Shown here piece after piece: positions 54,901 to 64,000 of a DNA stretch of 64,000 nt. The DNA lies in assembly GCA_964016885.1 (NCBI GenBank), contig OZ024745.1:120094001-120158000 (forward strand). The letters are read 5' to 3'. A model generated the notes under the pieces. That model was not told the DNA's origin. It did not search any database and was given only the letters and a program-made list of their open reading frames with translations. How positions within the stretch are numbered: position 1 is the stretch's first letter; each line of letters starts with the position of its first letter. Source of the stretch: Eledone cirrhosa. Its lineage: Eukaryota. Position numbers and translations under genes: made by a program.

Positions 54901-55811
54901 ACTACTTTCCAATGAGAAGAAAGGATATAAATGAGGTTCATATGGGTGTAAAGATCAGCTTTTGATTAATAAAAAGTTCCTGGATATATTACAAAATAAC
55001 ATTTGATAGTTTACCACATTGAAAGGTTTTTAGAGGTTTTCAATATATCTCCCATTATTAGGAAGTTCCTGTCATTCGGTATAACACCATAGAAAATAGT
55101 GAAAACACATCTTTAAATGCTGGAGAAGTTAACACTGCTTCTGGATTTTTTTACGCAGATTCTCTATCGCCGTCTTTACACTTGTTACCCGAAAAAACCT
55201 CTAAATAACTTATTCTACAGGAGGATTTGAAGCTATTTTCAAAAAAAGGTTGAGCAATAGCAAGGGTTTATTAGCCACTGTAAAGCAGTTCAGGGATGAT
55301 ATTAAAATTAAGAATTAGAAATTAAAAATTAAAATAACCAAATACATCTTGTTACAGAGGTGACAAACTTCTTCATAACAAATATATCACAACCACCCGG
55401 TTCTTTTATTGTAATTGCGACGACGAGACTATTCATACTTATGGTTTTAATTTTACTCCATATTTCCACTCCCCAAACATTCATCAAATATTCTAGCTCA
55501 CAACATTAATTCCATAATTCCATTCCACACCTTACTCCCACATTCACTCCTCAATTCACAACTGAACTGCAAGCTTGAAATAACACCTAATTTCCACCAA
55601 AATAATTTGATGCATTCCATAAAAATGCTTAATTAACATTTTTATTATATTCTTGCTTAATCGTTCGTTCTATCAGAAATATTCAATTTATTACTTATTA
55701 TACCATACCTAACTATTTAGCTAGAAAACATTATATCATATTTTTTCTGCTGAACAAATTGATGCATAAGACATTAATCCCACTGTAAAATGTATATTAC
55801 TCGTTTTGTTA

Positions 55812-57490
55812 CACTGCATGACAAAATAAAAAAGATGTTTCTTTATCAAGAGGTATTTAGGGTGGTCTGTCTGAATATGAAGTCAGGTTTGCTCTATCAC
55901 ATCTAGATTTTTATCTACAAAATAATAATCCCTGTATACCAGATTTTCAGAAATGCAATGAAGCATGCAGTACGTAAAGTGTTCCTATTTGTCATTGAAA
56001 AATACCTTTGAATTTTCTTTTTGTGATAACCTCTTATGAGAGAAATGTAAAAGCATATATAACACATATTAGATCATGTCTATTTTTAGAACACTGATTT
56101 AAATGTCTTTTTCGAATGTTATTGTAACTTGTATTAAATTGGACTGCTGACTTTTATTTCTCCACTTCAATTTGTATCAATTTGTATAGCTTCAAGACGT
56201 CTATGACGCGATACCCCAGATCACTTTTGATACATCTGTGGGCAATATACATTCAAGGACTGGGGGAGAAACATCACAGAACATACGTAAGATACAAGGA
56301 TTAATTGAAAATTAATTTTGGAGACCGAGATAAATGCTTTGCTCCACATATTATATGCCACGACTGCAGTGGTCGGCTTTATTTGTGACCCAGTGGCAAG
56401 CTTAAGAAAATGTCATTTGTCACTCCAATCACATGGTGAGAACAAAGCAACCATTCTACTGATTGCTACTTTTACATTACTAACGTTGAGAGATTCAATA
56501 AGAAAACTGCAAAGTATACCAAGTTTCTTAACTTACGATCTACCGTAAGACCACAGCCATATGAAGATGAAATTCCTCTTTTGCCAATCAATCCGCCAAT
56601 GAGTGTGTCAAATGGTAATCCCGATGACGTAATTGGATGTGAAGACCAAATGGATGACAAAGATATTGAAATTCCTCATTTATGCCCAAAAATCATTCAA
56701 GAACAATTGGATCATTTTGTTCGAAAGTTGGGACTTTCTAAGAATGATGCTTACCCGGCTGGAACAACTTAAATGCAGTCTTTTGTATGTTGGGAATGAA
56801 TACCCAGGGATTCCAGTGGGTTATTTTGAGGAAGGCAAAAGAGCCATACGACACTATCAAGATATTACTTCCCTTGATAAAGTATGATCATTTTATTTGG
56901 AAAACTGGAGGTGACTTGAAAATCATAGGGTGTTTTAACTGGAATGCAAAGGAACTACCCGAAGTTTTGCTGTTTTTGTTGTGTCTGTGAGACGAAATGA
57001 ATATACGCTCTTCTTGAACACCTGTTACTGATAATGACAGTGAAATCTATGCTGTAACTGTGTTGTAGTAAAGGTTTCCTAAGTGTATATGTTTATTTTA
57101 ACACTATTAATTGTAATATCGGTAGAGGGTCGGACGCCATGCTTTGCAGCATATAGTTACGATCCTTTATGATCTGATTTCAAATACCGCCGAAATTAAC
57201 TTTTCCTTTCATCCTTACAGGGTCGATAAAATAAAGTACCTGTACTGGGGTCAATTTAATAGACTTTCCCCTCCCCCAAAATTGCTGGCCTTGTGCCTAT
57301 ATAAGAAACCATTAATTATAGTTTAGTACATTAATAAATTGCATGCAATGTTCACAAGATTAAACACTTTTTCTATAAATGCAGTATATGTGGGATATCT
57401 TGTAGATCAAAATGTAGACGTGATGGAGCAACACGAATTTCATACTTATAAAGAGCACCCTAAAACTAAGTAATATCAACCAACATAGTG
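55812..57490 (+). mobile_element. Chapaev3-like (CMC) DNA transposon, internally deleted and decayed
   Basis: CAC...GTG termini and subterminal TTTAGGGTG / CACCCTAAA. Transposase remnants PDHF*YICG.YT, FGD.DK.FAPH..C..C, W*E...H.TDCYF, LLY.GN.YP.IPVG, W...GDLKII (about 56190-56990). SINE inserted at about 57110-57312. Confidence 0.7.
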
Positions 57491-57701
57491 TTTGATAAAA
57501 ACATTGGTGTCATGCAGTGTTATTAACATTAATTGTTATCGATCTTCTCAAACGTCTCAATCGTTCAATTTTTGTACATCAAAGACACTTCTGTTCGCTT
57601 CTAAATCTCTAGTATATATCTTATCAAGTAATTCTGTCTTGTCTAACACCACATATTTTATGATTGCAATATTTTTACTTTTCTTATTCTTTTCTTATTC
57701 T

Positions 57702-57800
57702 AGAAGAAGAAGAAGAAGAAGAAGAAGAAGAAGAAGAAGAAGAAGAAGAAGAAGAAGAAGAAGAAGAAGAAGAAGAAGAAGAAGAAGAAGAAGAAGAAGA
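57702..57800. repeat. (GAA)n microsatellite
   Basis: Directly visible. Confidence 0.95.
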
Positions 57801-57849
57801 ATGACATATTTTTTAGGATATTATTTAGGATAAGTCTAGGGAAAAAAAC

Positions 57850-58500
57850 ACCGCACAAAACTCCAGTGCCTTTGTGGATATGTCTAAAAGATTTGAAGAC
57901 AGGAATATTCCTTTCCGACCAAACCCTCATCAAATTCTTCGTCTTTCCAGTGGTAATTTGTGCTTTCATCTACGTGTCGAGTTGAAAGGCCATTGATTTG
58001 TACCACTTAATGCAAGCTTCAGTAATCAGATGGTATTCTTCCAGTATGACACTGACTGCATCTACTTCTGAAGTAACCGATACCATGACAATGCCGTCGT
58101 ATGCGTACTGAGACAGGTCTGAACTGCAAATAGGTTCCACAGTAATTCCTCTTAAGATTTCAATTATCCTTAACAAAGGCTCCAAAGCTAACACAGAGGA
58201 GGCGGGTACAGGAAACATTCTTGACGGATCGAACGTTCAGCATGGCAGGGTTCTGATACGTGGCTTTTTAGTTTGTTCACCGAGCAGATACCGCTTTAGA
58301 ACATAGCAATCCAAAGACACTAGTACAAAGCTAAAAATAAAATCCTTTGGTGGAATCGGTAACTTCCAAGGAAAGATCACCATACGATATAAAGGTAAAG
58401 ACAAAGATCCCATAACTCCTTTTGGAGTTGTAGAGGCACCGCCATACGGCGTGTCTGAGGCACTTTTAAACCTGGATGAACCCGACCCTCTCCAGGTCTG
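57850..58500 (-). mobile_element. Tx1-like RT remnant
   Basis: SVRQEC, LALEPLLR, YAYD (degenerate YADD). Confidence 0.55.
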
Positions 58501-58800
58501 AACATAGCCGATTTTTTTTCTATAGAGGAAGAATCAACCCAGTACTGGACTGGTACTTTTTTTATCTACCTCGAAAGGAGGAAATGCAAAGTTTACCACG
58601 GCAGGATTTGAACTCAGAGCACGCCGCATTGAGGTGGGACGAATACCATAAAGCATTCTATCCGACGTTCTAACGACTCTGCCAATTCTCCTCTATACCA
58701 TAAGATATATATACTGACAATCATCAGGAAGGGCGACTCAACCGTCTTTCAACAATAATAAGGTAAGTAGTCTTTCTCACTTCCCTTCACTTTGTCCAAC

Positions 58801-59135
58801 ATGGCATTACTTAGGATAGGCAGTGTAAATGCACATGGACTGCGATCGCTTTGGAAGCAGGAAAACCTGCTCAATGACTTCAGGTCACTAGGTACAGATG
58901 CAATGGCCATCAGCATAAGCTGACTTTCTGAAAGATGAGCCTTCGTGCCCAATTGTTCGGAATCGTGAGGCAGAGTTGGTGCTTTGATTCGGAAGGATAA
59001 GGATCTCATGATTTTCCTGGACCCAGAATTTAAATCTACGGTGCTGCACGTGACCGGCTGCGGTCGGATGGCCAGATTTCTTTAGTTGTGTAGATACCTT
59101 CCTTAGTGTTACTTGGAGATTTGAAGGGTATCTTT
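58801..59135 (+). mobile_element. L1/Tx1 AP-endonuclease N-terminal remnant
   Basis: MALLRIGSVNAHGLRS..KQ..LL...R....D...I and a later VLLGD motif. Confidence 0.55.
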
Positions 59136-59531
59136 GAAATATACTGGGATTGTGTGGGGCTAATGAAATATGCTGGGATTGTGTGGGGTCAATGACATAT
59201 GCTGGGATTGTGTAGGGTCAATGAAATATGCTGGGATTATGCGGGACTAATGAAATATACTGGGATTGTGTGGGGTCAATGAAATATGCTGGGATTGTGT
59301 GGGGCTAATGAAATATGCTGGGATTGTGTGGGGCCAATGAAATATACTGGGATTGTGTGGGGCTAATGAAATATGCTGGGATTGTGTGGGGTCAATGAAA
59401 TATGCTGGGATTGTGTGGGGCCAATGAAATATACTGGGATTGTGTGGGGTCAATGAAATATGCTGGGATTGTGTGGGGCCAATGAAATATGCTGGGATTG
59501 TGTGGGGATAATGAAATATGCTGGGATTGTG
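59136..59531 (+). repeat. 29-bp minisatellite, about 13.7 units
   Basis: Unit GAAATATGCTGGGATTGTGTGGGGYYAAT. Confidence 0.95.
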
Positions 59532-60370
59532 CATGGATACTTGAGACGTAAAACACAGACTATAGAGGGGATAAACCACTCAAAAAGCCTGGCATGGAGT
59601 TCCGACAAGTTTATGACATCACACCTTGAGGGATATCTCTATGCAATACAGGAACAAGAACTCCCTACCAAATATCTGCTGCACAAAAGGGGAGGGCCAC
59701 CAGCTGACAATAAATGTAGGCTATGTAAAACAAAGATCGAGGATGTAAGCCACATTGTTGCCAGCTGCGAAAGAATGTCATCTCGCTACTACCTCCCCAT
59801 GAGACACGATGGGATAGCTAGAACCCTCTGGAACGCACTTCGGAAAACAAAATTAACAACAAACGAGGAAGAATATATTGAGACAGATGGCACTAAGGAA
59901 TACTGGTAGAACCTGAAAATAAAAACTGCCACCACATTAAAGCACAACCGGCCTGATATTGTTGTTTGGGACCACACATTGAAAACGTGTTCTGTTGTGG
60001 AGATCAGCTGCCCACTTGATGTAAACGTTGTCAGAAAAATACAGGAGAAGGAGGACATCTACGGACCATTGATGAGAAGTTTGCAAATCCAGTATCCAAG
60101 ATACACCTTTAGCTTCATACCCATCATTATTGGAGCTACGGGTTATATACCAACCCGTTTGGACCAAAGTATGACTGAACTTGGATTTGCGGACAAAGAG
60201 CTCAGCTCCCTAATTCATAGTCTACAAATGGCTGCGATAGCTGGCACCTTCAGAATTTGCAAAACATTCTTGCGATTCAAGGGATAACAATTTCTTTTCT
60301 TTTACAACCTTGCCACCAGGAAGGTGGCCGGTCAAAAAAATATACTCGAAATTAAGAGAAAGAGATAACT
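59511..60370 (+). mobile_element. R4/Dong-like LINE 3' fragment
   Basis: VHGY, AIQEQELPTKY, DNKCRLC...H....C, RHD, KHNRPDIVVWD...C.VVEISCP, IPIIIGATG. Confidence 0.85.
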
Positions 60371-60811
60371 TACATATATACATACATACATACATACCTT
60401 CATACATACATATATACATACATACATGCATACATACATGCATGCGTACATATAAAACATACCTGTGAATGTGTATGTATATGTGTTTGAATGTAAACCA
60501 TTGTATTAAACAATGATGTATTGTATGTCTGCCGATATATCCTTGATTTTGTTACCGATCACTTCATCATATTTATAGATAATAATCACAGCTGCCAATA
60601 TATAGATTGTTTTATAGAAATGACATCCTTATAATTAGTATTATATAAAAGAAAAGTCAATTTAAAACATATTGACATATCCAACAGGACGTACAAAAGT
60701 CAACTAGCCAAACCATTAACACCTTTTCAGGTGGAATGACGTCACCCATATAAACACCCACTAAAACTGAGACGTTTATATATGTGTATATATAAATAGA
60801 GAGAGAGGGGG

Positions 60812-60863
<52 letters not shown>

Positions 60864-60899
60864 CAGGCAGGGAGACACAAAATTAAGGGAATCCACAGA

Positions 60900-62070
60900 A
60901 CGGTATATACATACATGCATACATATTTACATAATACATTTTTACACACATACATACATACGTACATACACACACACAAACATAGATACATGCATATTTA
61001 CATACTTACACACATTCATACATACAACCATTCATAAATACATATAAATATACATACATATTTACATATAAATATTCATATATATACATATATATACATA
61101 TAAATATAAATATACATATATACCTATACATAATCATATATATACAGATATCAATATACATATACATACATATATACATATAAATATACATATACATACA
61201 TATATACATATAAATATATATACATACATATATACATATAAATATATGTATATATATGTATATATGTATATCTATATTAATATGTATATTAATATGTATA
61301 TTATATGTATATCTATATTAATATGTACATACATATATACATATTAATATAGATATACATATATACATATATATACATATAAATATACATATACATACAT
61401 ATATATATATATGAATACATATACATACATACATATATACATATAAATATACATACCTATATACATATTTACATACATACATACATATACATACATACAT
61501 ATAAATATACATACATACATATATACATATATATATACATATAAATATACATACATATATACATATAAATATAGATATACATACATATATACATATAAAT
61601 ATGCATATACATACATATATACATATGAATACATATACATACATACATATATACATATAAATATACATACATATATACATATTTACATACATACATATAT
61701 ACATATAAATATACATATATACATATTTACATACATACATATACATACATACATATATAAATATAGATACATATATATATACATATAAATATACATACAT
61801 ATATACATATAAATATATATTTACATACATATATACATATAAATATGCATATATACATACATACATATATACATATGAATACATATACATACATACACAT
61901 ATACATATTTACATACATACACACACATACATACATATAATCATATAAATATACATACATATATACATATTTACATACATACATATACATGCATACTTAT
62001 ATACATATAAATATACATATATATATAAATATACATACATATATACATACATATATACATATAAATATAT
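60900..62070. repeat. Degenerate (TA/CA/TACA)-rich low-complexity array
   Basis: Directly visible. Confidence 0.9.
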
Positions 62071-62316
62071 GGAATAGAATGAAACGAAATGTATACATAC
62101 ATGCATTCTTACATATAAATATAGATATACATCTACATCATTTATAGTTACAAATACAAGTGAATAAACAAGCATGAAAAAACTATAGAAAAATATCAAT
62201 GTTTTTTTTTAAGATGAAAATACTTCAGAAATAAAAACGAAATAATTTCAATTTTTCTTCCAATTATTGTCTTCAATATTCCTCTCATTCAATATAATGA
62301 TATAACAATACATATT

Positions 62317-62828
<512 letters not shown>

Positions 62829-62968
62829 AAAGTAGAAGTGTTTGTTACTCACTCTTTGTTATTGTTTCGTTATTTATAATTCCAAACAATTTAGTAAGTG
62901 TTAAATATTTGAAAAGAAGCGAAACCATATATTTTAAAATATGTATAAAATATGAATGTAGATGAGTT

Positions 62969-63025
<57 letters not shown>

Positions 63026-63137
63026 TGTTAAAATATGTATATAAATACGCTCTATATACAAATTCACGTTATAGATATATAGATATTCAAACACACATAC
63101 ACACACGTACATACATATATATATATAACATATATAA

Positions 63138-63305
<168 letters not shown>

Positions 63306-63361
63306 ACATATATATATATATATGCATATATATATGCATATAGATATACATATATATAGGC

Positions 63362-63407
<46 letters not shown>

Positions 63408-63684
63408 ATGTATGTATATATATATATATATATATGCATATATATATATATACTTATATATATATATGTATACATATATATATATGCATATATATATGCA
63501 TATATATATATATACATATATATATACATAGATATATGCATGCATTCGATAGAGATCAATAGATGGTAGGCGATTTATAGATGTTGAAAGATAGAGGAAG
63601 AGATTGATAAATAGAGTTAATTAAAGATATTGGATGAGATATGAAGATAGAGGTGTAAATATAGGAATATATGGAGGGGGGGGG

Positions 63685-63685
<1 letters not shown>

Positions 63686-63743
<58 letters not shown>

Positions 63744-63893
63744 ATAAAAATGGAAAGAAAAGAAAAAAAAAGACAGAAAGAAAATGGAGAGAAATAAAGA
63801 AAGAAAGAAAGAAAGAAAGAAAGTGGAGAGAAATAAAGTAAGTAAGAAAGAAAGTGGAGAGAAAGAAAGAAAGAAAGAAAGTGGAGAGAAATA

Positions 63894-63929
<36 letters not shown>

Positions 63930-64000
63930 GCGAAAGAAAGTGGAGAGAAATAAAGTAAGAAAGTGGACAGAAAGAACGAAAGAAAGTGGAGAGAAATAAA
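63686..64000. repeat. (GAAA)n / GTGGAGAGAAA purine-rich array
   Basis: Directly visible. Confidence 0.9.

Noticed and set aside
59136-59531. CRISPR-like 29-bp repeats
   Set aside because: Head-to-tail units with no spacers, eukaryotic context, no cas genes.

Overview
AT-rich eukaryotic intergenic or intronic DNA with no supportable host exon. The density of (TA)n/(CA)n microsatellites and the SINE types suggest an octopus-like cephalopod (inference). Most ORFs in the supplied track are microsatellite artefacts. The window is a mosaic of decayed mobile elements: about 25 copies or fragments of a tRNA-derived SINE, RTE, CR1, CRE, R4/Dong and Tx1-like LINE fragments, a Chapaev3-like DNA transposon, two hAT MITEs with 8-bp target-site duplications (TSDs), Helitron ends, and Penelope-like element (PLE) RT/EN remnants. 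The main hidden structure is a dense set of about 10 families of short, non-coding, often palindromic elements sitting in (TA)n/(CA)n tracts. Many carry hand-foldable type I hammerhead ribozymes (HHRs), including non-canonical U3-A8 and C4 core variants. Many also have a 3' tail that starts with an ACTC...GAGT or GCTC...GAGC hairpin, and the inverted arm stops just before that hairpin. One copy abuts a PLE reverse-transcriptase remnant, so these are best read as PLE pseudo-LTR (pLTR) hairpin or retrozyme-like insertions. All folds and family assignments were made by eye, with no database search.
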